NCBI GenBank assembly: GCA_013239625.1
Contig: MU053802.1
Span: forward strand, 256,094-276,093
From: Lama guanicoe
Lineage: Eukaryota
Direction of reading: 5' to 3'
DNA length: 20,000 nucleotides
The notes under the pieces are model-generated. The model saw only the letters and a program-made list of their open reading frames with translations. It did no database searches and was not told the DNA's origin. Of this stretch, positions 9,088-19,399 are shown piece after piece (positions within the stretch are counted from its first letter, which is position 1; the number at the start of each line of letters is the position of its first letter). Position numbers and translations under genes: made by a program.

Positions 9088-10077
9088 GAAAAATTATCTT
9101 TGAAAATTGTGCAAGAACTTTGGTGGGATCTTCTCTAAGGCTCAGCACTGCCAGGGAAGGGATGCACCTGTGGCACTTTGATGTATGCTGCACCTTGTTC
9201 TGCCGGAGAGGAGCGTCCATTTGCTCTTCTCTCCAAGGGACCTCCTGGGGCCTCTGCCTGCTCACGTTGTCACCAGGGCTGGTTGTCACCGGGCTAAAGA
9301 CCTGCCAGGGTGATGGTGGCCAATGCTGTCTCTGCATTCTGTCCGTCTGCCTGTGTCCTCACCTGAGAGGTCGAGCATCTCTAGCACACACTGGCCACCT
9401 GCACTGCCTCTCGTTGGAACTGCCTGTGTGTGTTCTGTTTCTTTACAGAACACTGGGCGTCAAGAGGTTTTTGGACCACAGGGATGTGAAGCTTTTCTCC
9501 AACCTTGGGTCATGAGGAAAGCTTTTTCCAGGCTGCGGTCTGTCTTTCCAGCTGTCTTTCTTGGCATTTCTTTTCTGCTTCTGTTTGGTTTTATTTTGCC
9601 ACAAGAGGAGATAAGCATCTCCCTTCTGGCTCTGGTTTTACACTTAGAACTGCAGTGCCTACCCCGAGATTATGCACAGAGTTACTAAAAGGGCTTCATT
9701 TGGTACGTCTCATTTTTAATCCATCTGGATTTTCCTCTCAAAATACAAAAATGTTAATTCACATGAAAACAAACAAACAAAAATTCACCAGTCACTACTT
9801 AAGATTTGAGGGCAGACAAAAAAAAAATAAAATCCACCATTTATATGATTTCACTGATAGGGAACCTCCAGGATAGGTAAACACATAGAGAGAGAAAGGG
9901 GATTAAGGCTTCTCATGGGCTGGGGGAGGAAGGATGTGGGGTGCGCTTTGTATACAAGCTTTTACTTTGAGGAAGGAAATAGTCTGAAACCAGTGGTGTT
10001 GGTCTTACAGCACTGTGAATGCAATTAATGCTCCTTAAAATTGCACAATTTAAAATGGAAAAAGGCTAAACTTTATT
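9088..10077 (+). repeat. ~1 kb direct repeat, copy 2 (old antisense L1 plus L1MB-like 3' end)
   Basis: Same composite junctions as copy 1, offset by ~4.02-4.03 kb. The ORF track shows the shared translation RLCTELLKGLH in both copies. Confidence 0.95.
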
Positions 10078-10108
10078 CTTATATACTTAAAACAAAAATA
10101 GAATATAC

Positions 10109-10392
10109 TATAATAGAAAAGAAAAACATCTGACTCCATAGAAGATCTGTCCTTTTGGCTGTAACTCTGTGCCCTCTTTTCTAGGCTTAGTCTTACTAGC
10201 TCTGCACCTTGTGTAAAATAATGTTGCCTTTAGCCTGAAATATACAGGAGAGCCTATTTTCAAGGCTCTGATCTTTAAGGATATTAACACTTTTGCACTT
10301 ATATAAAGACAACAAGTTGCAGAATAGAAAATAACTTTTGTTTTGTTAGAGGTTTTACAGAGGCATTATGACCTGGTCTACGTAGATATCTG
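10109..10392 (+). mobile_element. ERV1-type (MER34-like) LTR, 5' portion only
   Basis: Starts TATAATAGAAAAGAAAAACATCTGACTCCATA and is the reverse-complement homolog of ~10535-10816. Truncated before the TATA region. Confidence 0.75.
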
Positions 10393-10816
10393 TAGACCAA
10401 GATAATGGCAGACTAATATATTGGAGAACCATCTTTCCCAAGTGAGACTTCAGGCTCCTTTTCTACTAAAAAGGGGAGGGGCTGTGTTTGTTGCAAACTT
10501 CTTGGTGTAGGATTTCTTTGTTCTTGGAATCCTTTGCAGCTTTTCACGTGGGTCAGATCATGGTGTTCCTGTAAAACCTGCAACAAAACAAATTTTTCCT
10601 ATTCTGCAACTTGTTATCTTTATAGGAGTGCAATAGTGTTAATATCCTTAAAGGTCAGAGTTTTGAGAATAGGCTCTCCTTTTTATTTCAGGCTAAAGGC
10701 AACATTGTTTTACAAAAGGTGCAGAGCTAGCAAGACTAAGCCTAGAAAACAGGGCAGAGGGTTAAAGGAAAAGGAACAGATGAAATATCAAGTAAGATTT
10801 GTTCTTCTCTATTACA
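10393..10816 (-). mobile_element. ERV1-type (MER34-like) LTR, inverted, lacking the poly(A)/U5 end
   Basis: Minus strand starts TGTAATAGAGAAGAACAAATC and includes CCCCTTTTTAGTAGAAAAGGAGCCTGAAG (TATA-position motif). It breaks off at the junction near 10393. Confidence 0.8.
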
Positions 10817-12039
10817 GTGCCTTTCGGTGAGAGCTAAGAGGATGATTCCTGGGTGGGTCCTCCACTGTCCCAGGCTGGAGTTCAGGCAGGATCTATGCCA
10901 GATTCACCATGACTTTGGACCTGATCTCCCGCAGAGAAAGTGACAATTATTGGATTAAAATTACCTTTCAAAATCCCTTCAATTGCCTGTAAACTATACC
11001 ACAGCAAGGGATGTCTCATTGGCCAGTCAACTGCCAGTCTCCCCTGATGCAAGAGACCAGCGTCGCGGCGGGTTCCATGGTGACCATGCCAGTGCACCTT
11101 CCTACATTGCTTTCCAGCCTTGGCTTCCTAACTTTTATGCTTTAAAAGCTCCTGTCCCTCATCCCTATGGCCTGGAGTGAATGAACAAGGTCCCTGCACC
11201 CACCTGGGCTGAGCCCAGGCCACGCACACAGCCCCATGCACACAGCCCACCATCTGATGTCCACCCCTGGGCTCAAGTTCACCCTTTGAACTCCCCCACC
11301 ACAAAGGTCTGCATGCCCAGTGCCTCCGCCCTAGGGGTCCAGATCAGCATCAGGACCATCAACCACCCAAGGCCCACAGGCCAGTGGCTTGTACCTTGGG
11401 ATCACCCTGACCCATCGGGTTAGTTGAAGCACAGGATGCAGGTATCAGGGTGCCAGGGCGGGAATTGGAGCTGCCTTCAACCCAGCCTGCCTCACCCTGT
11501 AGCCTCAGACATTAACTATGAAGGTGCACACTCAGCTGGGTCCCCCACTGGTGGCAGTAGTCATCATTACTGGAGCACGGATTTCCCCACCCCAACCACA
11601 GGGTGAGGGGTAAGGGAGTGAGCTCATGGTATGGGTGCACTCAGAGTGAAGGGGATCCCATGGTGAGGGGGTATAGGTTGAGGGGTGTGGGGCCCACTTA
11701 GAATGGAACTGACCTGGCTGAGAGGTGAGGGGGACAATTTCAGGATGTTGGGGGTCCTGTGCTGAGGCATGAGGGGTAAGCTTGTGGGTGTAGGGGACAT
11801 AGGTTAGGACCTAGCAGGATGGAGTGTCAGGGCACAGACCTCGGTGTGAGGAGAAGGAGCCCTGTCTTCAAGGTCTGGTGGGAGACTGGGCCTGGCCAGG
11901 GGTGGGAGGGTAGTAACAGGGAGGGGAAGGAGAGAAGGGGAAGTGGGGCTGGCAGGATGTGGTCTGGCCAAGGGCAGTCGTGGTTCTAGTTCAGTGCCAG
12001 GATCCAGTTGGTGGGGGGATGAAGGCTCTGGAGATGGAG

Positions 12040-12720
12040 ACCCCGCGGGACGAGCAGGAGGGGCCCCACCTGGCTCCTCCCGGCCCCAGTGGCCAGGGCC
12101 GGTAAAGCAGGAGACCCACCCATACAGTTTGCGCTGTGGGCGGGAGGAGGAGGGGCGCGCACGCCCAGACGGACAGACGCCTGGTGCCAGAACCCGCCCA
12201 GAACGAGTGGAAGCTGGCGACAGCCGGTTGCTACTGGACGAGCTCCTGGAAAAGGAACACGGCCTGGGGTCTGGGCCGCCGCTGGCCCGCGGCTCGGCTG
12301 CCGCTGCCGGGCAGGTAAGGGGGCGCTGGTGGGGGCGCGCTGCTCGGGGAGCCGGCGGGTGACGCCTGGGCTGTGCGGCTGGGGAGGCGCCCAGGGAGGG
12401 ATGCGGAGGTGAGGTCCCGGCCGCGCGTCCCGTTAGGACCCTGAGGCGGGTCCCAGCCGCCACTGTGGTTCGTGGTAACCCCACTATTAGTAGTTCCTGA
12501 ACCCCGCGTTTTTACCGCCGCTTATACCCGGGTTTAGGAGAGCAGGTACAGCCCCGGGAGGTGAGAGGGTGCCTGACGGCTCCAGAGCATCTCCGACTGG
12601 CCCTTAGACCATAGCCTGCTCCCGGGAGGCGGGTGCGGTGCGGTCGCGGGGCCTCGGATGGAATGGGGGCTGCCCCATGAGAGCCCCTGGATTTGCTCCC
12701 ATCTTCCCCGCGGCCTGACC
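12040..12720. promoter_or_regulatory. CpG island / promoter
   Basis: Dense CG dinucleotides compared with the CpG-depleted flanks. GC boxes (GGGCGG ~12138, GGGGCGCG ~12152). Confidence 0.85.
12160..12314 (+). other. Candidate first (likely non-coding) exon of an unidentified + strand gene; 5' end uncertain
   Basis: Strong donor CAG|GTAAGG (GT at 12315-12316) inside the CpG island, followed by G-triplet-rich intron start. Confidence 0.6.
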
Positions 12721-13430
12721 TTGGGGGGGGCCTCTAAAGCCCCAGGTTCGTGGGACTCAGTTTGCAGGTCAGTCTGCTCCTGGGAGGTGGGCTCGGTGCG
12801 ATCAGTGTGCTGGGATGGCTGCAGCAGCAGCAGGAAATGGTCGCAACCCCCGCGCTCTCACAAGGCAGCCCCAATCCCGCCATCGCAGCCGCCGCCTTTC
12901 CCTGACAGCACAGCACCCACCTTCCAGGAGCAGACTGACCAGTAACCTGAATTCCACGAACCTGGGGCAGCAGAGGCCAAGCTCAGGCCATGCGCTGGGG
13001 AGTTTGAAGCAAATCCACGGGCTCCCATGTGCAGACTCCATAACCAGCAACTGCCTTCCACCATACCGCGCCCTCCTCCCCGGAGCAGGCTTACCTGCGG
13101 ACCGTGCCTGGAGTAGCAGAGGCCGAGCCCTGGACAGGCCATGGGGGAGATGGGGGCAAATCGACCAGCTTGCCAGGTCGCTGCCCATCTCCCTGCTGCT
13201 GCCCCAGGTTCGTGGATCACTTGTTTTCAAGTCAGTGGGTTCCTGAGAAGCAGGCACAGTGCAGTCAGGAGGCGGGGTCTGTGGGGAGGGGTGCTGCCCC
13301 AGGGGGACCAGGTGGACTTGCTCCCGTCTCCCCCAGGGCCAGACATGGGGAAGGCCTCTGCTGCACCAGGTTTGCAGGACGCATGTCATGTCAGCCTGTA
13401 CCTGGGAGGAAGGCTCAGTGTACTCAGGGC
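12613..13430. repeat. Array of diverged ~120-150 bp GC-rich units with an internal inversion
   Basis: Units: tail + 12613-12642; U1 + 12658-12805; head - 12820-12885; U2 - 12900-13045; U3 - 13060-13178; U4 + 13184-13270; U5 + 13305-13430. Exact 15-mer GCCCCAGGTTCGTGG at 12739 (+), 12968-12954 (-) and 13201 (+). Confidence 0.9.
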
Positions 13431-13527
13431 AGCCTAAGTGGCTGATAAGGATATTAGAAGTGGGCTCTAGCCCAGCATAACTAACTCTCCTTTCTTCTCT
13501 TGCATCCTCAGTTGGTGGCTGTAACGG

Positions 13528-14652
13528 CTTTTCCATTATAGGTTATTGCTGGATAATGAACATAGGTTTCTGTGCTATACAGAAGAAACTGTATTTAAAA
13601 TCTATTTTTATATAGTGGCTAACATTTGTAAATCTCCCAAATTTATCCCTTCCCATCACCTTTCCCTGGTAACCTTAAGATTGTTTACTAAGTCTGCAAG
13701 TCTGTTTCTGTTTTGTAGATGAGTTCACAGTGTCTTTTTCTCTCTTTTTTTAGATTGCACATATGAGTGGTACCATTTGTTATTTTTCTGTTTCTGGTTG
13801 CTTTCACTTAGAATGACGATCTCTAGCTCCATCCATGTTGCTGCAAATGGTTTTATTTTGTCCTATTCATGGTAGAGTAGTATTCCAGTGTATAAATAGA
13901 GCACAACTTCTTTATCCAGTCATCTGTTGCTACATTTAGCGTGCCTCCATGTCTCGGCTATTGTATACAGTGGTGCTATCAATACTGGGGTGCAGGTATC
14001 TTTTCACATTGGAGTTCCTTCCAGTTATATACCCAGAAGTGGGATTGCTGGGTCATAGGGTAAGTCAACTTTTAGTTTTTTCAGGGATTTCCATGCTTTC
14101 CATAATGACTACACCAAACTGGATCCCCACCAGCAGTATAAGAGGGTACCCTTCCCTCTACAGCCTCTCTAGCATTTATCATTCATGAACTTCTGAGTGA
14201 TGGCCATTCTGACTGGTGTGAGCTGATACTTTATTGTAGTTTTGATTTGAATTTCTCTGTTTATTAGTGATATTGAGCATTTTTTCATGTGCCTATTGGT
14301 CATTTGTGTCTTCATTGGAGAAATGCTTGTTTAGGTCTTCTGCCTATTTTTGGATTGAGTTGTCTTTTTTTGTTATTAAGTTGTATGACCTGTTTATATA
14401 TTCTGAAAATTAAGGCTTTGTTAGTCGTATCATTTGCAAATACTTTCTCCCTTTCGTAGGTTGTTATTTCCTTTTGTTTTACTTATGGTTGCCTTTGCTG
14501 TGAAGAAATTTATGAGTTTAATTACGTCCCTTTTGTTTATTTTTTTCTCTTATTTCCATTGTCTGGGTAGATTGCCCTAGGAGAAAGTTGCTGAGATTTA
14601 TGTCAGATAATGTTTTGCCTATGTTTTCTTTTAGGAGATTTATCATGTCTTG
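13528..14652 (-). mobile_element. L1 (camelid/cetartiodactyl type): ORF2 3' end plus 3' UTR, truncated at both ends
   Basis: Classic antisense L1 motifs: 'tccatccatgttgctgcaaatgg', 'atacccagaagtgggattgctgggtcata', 'gatggccattctgactggtgtgag', 'tattgagcattttttcatgtgcct'. No poly(T) at the left end. Confidence 0.95.
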
Positions 14653-14654
14653 TA

Positions 14655-15530
14655 CATCTGCATCTTAAGCCTGTATTCTAGATCTGTGCTTCAGTTTTTA
14701 ATTTTGAGCTTCTTAGGGAACACCTACTCTTAGCTCATATGTCAGATTCAACATGTCTAAAAAGCTGATTTCATAATCTTTTTTCTTGCAGCATCTCCAC
14801 TTATTCAGTGGGATAATCACTCTTCCGGTCTTGAATACCCAAAGGCTTGGAGTGGTCTTTGATTTATATTTCTCTCACCACCCTCCACATATTGTCGGCT
14901 TCTGGAACTGTATGTTTTTGGTTTCAAGTGTCTATTCTGATTGCTGATACTCTGATGAAGAGCTTTCATCCCTGATACATGAATTTTTCCTTCTGCTGAA
15001 TTCTTGGATATTCTCTCCCCCACTCCCTTTCAGTCAACCTACAGTTTTGATGTTCCAACATCTAGAGTCAAGTCAAAGACTTACCACAACCAGATCTCAG
15101 CCAGGTAGTCTCGACCCTCCATCATTTTGGACTTACCTTATGTGTTCCAATCATTATGTGACTTAGCCTCCTAGGGTAATCTGTGCCTTATTAAAAACCA
15201 GGAGTCACCAGCATTTTCCTATCCAGTCCTCAGTTAAATCAGCTTAGAATTGCCCTGAGAACAGGTTGAAGCCACATCCCCTTCATAGAGTCTTCCCTAT
15301 TTACTCCAAATTCTTCTAGCTCCCCTTTGTATTCCTGCATTGTTTATGATCAGTAGCCTGTAATCTTGGCTTTGAGTACTGACTTGGTACCATTCCCAGG
15401 TGGTTTCCAATGGGTCTCCTCACTTAGGTGGTAACTGGAGAAGATTCCCTTGTTCAGCCTTCTTTATAACCCTCACCCTGCTTGGCATCGGGCAATAGCA
15501 GGCATCCAGGCAGTGCTTACTTACTTTATT
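14655..15530 (+). mobile_element. Ancient L2 fragment(s) including a degenerate 3' end
   Basis: 'cagattcaacatgtctaaaaagctga', 'cttggagtggtctttgat', and terminal 'cttggcatcgggcaatagcaggcatcc'. Confidence 0.6.
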
Positions 15531-15759
15531 TATTTGCAGGGGTGTTGGTGTGGATTATAGCTAATAACTATTAATTCAATGTTGCAGTTAAAAAGGAAAG
15601 CCAAGAAAATCCATAAAACATTATCTCCATGTTCAGTTTAGCGCATTACCTCAACAGTTTTCTTAACTCTGTGTTTACATTCACATAGTGTTCTGTGCTT
15701 GTACAGTTCCCTGAGGCAAGCAGGTGAGATGTCATTATGTTTGACTTTCACGTCACATT

Positions 15760-15930
15760 TCATATTGGATATATTTGTGAAATGACAACACCTTCTTTTA
15801 TATGTAAACAGCCGAAAGCCCAGAGAGACTAAGAGCCAAACCAAGGGTCACCTGGCTAATGTTTGGCACAGGCCAGGACCACGGCTCACATCTTCCAGCT
15901 GATCCTCTTCCAGTGCCTTTTCATTCCAGT
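15760..15930 (-). mobile_element. MIR SINE remnant
   Basis: 'ttttatatgtaaacagccgaaagcccagagagactaag..ccaagggtcacctggctaat..tggcaca' is the antisense MIR core. Confidence 0.65.
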
Positions 15931-17462
15931 GCTGGGAAATGTAGCCCCATCAGCCAAAAGGCCAAGTCACATTGCTGCCCCTTTACCTATCAGTGATGGG
16001 AGTGCTACAAAAAGTGGCAAAGAAAGCTCAGAAATAGGAGTGATAAAACACATGGAAGTGCTGGAAATGGATCCTCAGCCTCCTCCTCCCACTTTGAGCG
16101 CCTCACAAGTGTCCCACTCTGACAGTGCTGTTCATTGTTTATAACATAGTCTTTAAAATCAGACTGATCTTTTACAGGACATAATTACAGGACTTTATCC
16201 TGGTCCCTTTCCGGCTAGTAGTCACTGTCATGGGCAGGAAGTGCCTGACTGTACTCTGTTTGTCACGTATGTGGGAGGGAAAGTTGGAAAGGGAGCATGT
16301 TGAACTGAAGCCGAGCTTTATACAGCTCTGTTGTTCTAAGACCAGAGCAGTTCCACTCTTGCTTTCTTCACCTCTCCACATCCGAGTCCCAGCCACACAC
16401 TCCTGCCTGCTTCCCCACATGCCACGTCCTGGGGAAGGACAGGGATATGGGCAAAGCCCCCTCCGCCCTCCATTCTGGGAGGTGCAGGATTCTGCTTCAA
16501 CTTTTGAGCTGTTTTGGTGATTGGGCTTTTCCAGCTTTTCTAGACATCTCCTTTCCTGCTCTGAGAAATTGGAGATGTAACTTAACCATACACGGACTAT
16601 ATTAATGTATTCAGTGGCATTAATGTGATGTTGTCTTTAAGGTGTGCTGTGACTGGATAGGATGTTTTTAACTCACAGGATGCTTCACATCCAATTCTAA
16701 AGGCCTACAGGCTGCAGATGTAATTCAAGTTCTTACATGTCTGTGAGGCAGACATGAAAATTATTTGATAACATGACCATATGTTCATAGATAACGGTTA
16801 GTCCACCGGCTCTGTACCTAATCAAAGTTTAAATTCCAAACGATTGAGAAAATTTGCGGACCATGTCTTTTTGCCTGTAACTAGTTGGAGAAACTGAAAT
16901 CACAACTTTACCACAAGCCACAGTGTTTCCCAGTAGAGAAAGCCCTCTACTTTTACAAGCTTAAGTAATGCGGTGGTTCTTTTGGTGAGATGAGGGATGC
17001 CAGAGAATTTTGTTGGAACACTTGAGTGGCATGACAAGTATTCTGGGACTGGTTACAGTTGAATCTCTACTTCCTATATCCTGGACTGATTACAGAGGCA
17101 ATGTTAGTGTGGTAACCAGCTTGTGAATGCAAGTGTAGCTAGGAAAACAACAGAGAAAATAGAAGGGATATAAAGTAATGGAGGGACTTCAGAGCAGTAC
17201 AAATGGTGACTTTGACACCACCAGCTGCTGACACGAACTTGGCAGGAATTTGTGAGAAGTGGTGGGTGTCATTGCAAGCAGGAGAGTCCTGCAGAATTTG
17301 GGGTGAACAGGCAAAGGGGAGAGCAGATATGGTGGCCATCCGGGGGCTGAGTATTTGTGTCCTGAATGTGAAAATGTCTGGTACCCTGTTCAATTTTGCA
17401 GCCACAAATTCACATGACTCAGGGCATTATTTCCACCAGAAAACCATAAAAACATAAACAAC

Positions 17463-17731
17463 CTGTGTTTCCCAAAGTGTTTGTTCTCGATCTGAGATGA
17501 TTGTCCTGTGGTGGGAGGTAAGTGGGCGATGGGGCCTATTACATCACCCCCTTTCACTAAAAGTCTACGTCGCTGCTTTTCACCCTACTCCTAAAGGTGC
17601 TGTCATTCTGTTACACCCAGGCCTGTAAGATGGGCTTGCCTGAATCCTCACGTGATGAGGGATTGTTACATGCATTTTTAAAAAATTGCTTGGGTCATGT
17701 GGTCCTTTGTTCCCTCCATTGGAAATCACTG
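17463..17731. mobile_element. Possible hAT-Charlie (MER-type) non-autonomous DNA transposon
   Basis: Imperfect terminal inverted repeats CTGTGTTTCCCAA ... TTGGAAATCACTG. No clear 8-bp target-site duplication. Confidence 0.4.
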
Positions 17732-18540
17732 TTCCAGAGCAAATAGTATGCATCTATATAAACTATACTGTTTGTAAGATGTCTTCAGAAGTTTTGCAGT
17801 GGGTTTAAATATTTGCTTTGTGATGGCATCTTGATTGTTTGAAGGAGGCAACCCTCACTAGGGGCTCTGTGTGCTTCCTGGCTAGGAGTTCCTTTACTGG
17901 CAGCAGAGTGTTCGTAGGCAGAGTTAGAAAGTTACCTGGTCTGAGAAGCCGAATTTGCCCGCAGCTGGGAATTGGCAGAAGAGTCTGTTATGGAAGGAAA
18001 GCTTTAGGATTATCTGGTAGCAGAGTTCTGGGATCCAAACCCAGGGAAACCACAGCTTTTGTAGAGTATGTTCTGTAACAAAAAGCTATCGGATAATTTT
18101 AACACTTGTTATGGGATGTAGAGTTGGGGAAGGCTTAAATGTGAAAAAACCTTAAAAAAGAATCTCCAAATATCTTAAAGAAGACAGTTCTCAGAATGAG
18201 AGCTTTTCTGGAAAATACTAGTTCTTCACTTCACAGGAGAAGCAGGGAGAAGGTGTAACTGCACATACGGTAACTTAAAAGGTAAACCTTACCCTCCCAC
18301 TTAGCTGTTTCCTGGTGCACGTTCATCTTCCACATATGTAGTTTTAGACATGATATGTCATTTTCTGGTTCTCCATTCTGCTTCTGAGTGAGAGACTGAC
18401 ACAAAGCCACATAGCAATTGCGCAAAAGACTTTATTGTTAAAAATGTAGATCTGTGGCAGGGTGCTGCATTTGCAAGTGACTTTCAGTACAGAGAACACT
18501 GAAAAGAATGCAGTGTTATTTCTTTTTTTATTCCTTTAAG

Positions 18541-18647
18541 CCTTTGAATAGAAGGTTTTCTTTGCAGAGTTTCTGGAGTACATCAGAAGAAGCAGGAACC
18601 AAAAATAGCTTTAAGAAAGCACCAGTATAGACGTTGCTCATAGTATG
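18541..18647 (+). other. Candidate second exon (5' UTR, possibly ending in the start codon ATG|gt)
   Basis: Two acceptors 27 nt apart: ttatttcttttttta ttcctttaag| (18540) and ggttttctttgcag| (18567). Purine-rich body with stops in all frames. Ends AGTATG|GTATCT (ATG 18645-18647). Confidence 0.45.
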
Positions 18648-19126
18648 GTATCTGTATTAAATTTGATTCTTTAAAGCAGGAAGTTGTAACTCTCAATTTC
18701 TTAAGAAAATATAAACATTCTTGACCCTTAATTACATTCTTTGTGGGGTGAAGCTGCTTTTGCTTCCATTCTGAGCATTGAAAGGCCTTCTATGATACTT
18801 CTCCCAGTCCTCAGTATTTTATTTTCCCTCTGTTGTGAACTTGTTATTAAACTTGAAGCAGATATAAATATCACTAACTTGCTACATATGCCGATATTCA
18901 GTGTTACATAGTCAGAAAGTTTGTGTACATCACACGTATCTACATAATTCCCCCCTTTCCAACTGTTCCTGATGAAAGTATGATGGGAAATGGCATTATG
19001 GGGATATGTCTTACAGTACACAGTGTTTCCCCTGTTCCCTATACCAGATCTGGATGTTCTTTCAACTTTTGGCTTCTAGAATTACTAGCTCTTTTTCTTA
19101 AGCCAGGTGTAACTCATCCCCCTGCT

Positions 19127-19168
19127 CACACACACATGCGTACACACACACACACACACACACACACA
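19127..19168. repeat. Interrupted (CA)n microsatellite
   Basis: cacacacaca tgcgt acacacacacacacacacacacacaca, directly visible. Confidence 0.95.
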
Positions 19169-19399
19169 TTCTGCCGTAGGGAGTAGCATGCACCATCCCA
19201 TTCTCCCACTCCAGCTCTGGACCCACCCACTGGAGGCATTGGTTTACAAGAATTCATTTGTAAATTCCTTTTTAAAACTCGAGTGGTCGGGAAATAGGAC
19301 TGATATCCACACCTAGTAGGCAGGCCCTCAAGGACAACTTCTATGGATAATGCCAGGTTATCTTAATGTTTGGGTACCTGGGATCCATGTCTTCCTGTA

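Noticed and set aside
10108..10830. Apparent paralogous small proteins LISLK..ASKTKPRK on opposite strands
   Set aside because: These are mirror translations of two inverted LTR copies, not genes.
12613..13430. CRISPR-like repeat-spacer array
   Set aside because: Mammalian context, long diverged units in mixed orientation, no unique regular spacers and no cas genes.
11804..13536. Long ORFs of 226 aa and 244 aa (and overlapping ones) around the CpG island
   Set aside because: Stop-poor GC-rich sequence is open in many frames on both strands. The translations are low-complexity with no recognisable domain.
12160..18647. Assigning a gene symbol to the + strand CpG-island gene
   Set aside because: No coding sequence in the window and the candidate exons were not recognised.
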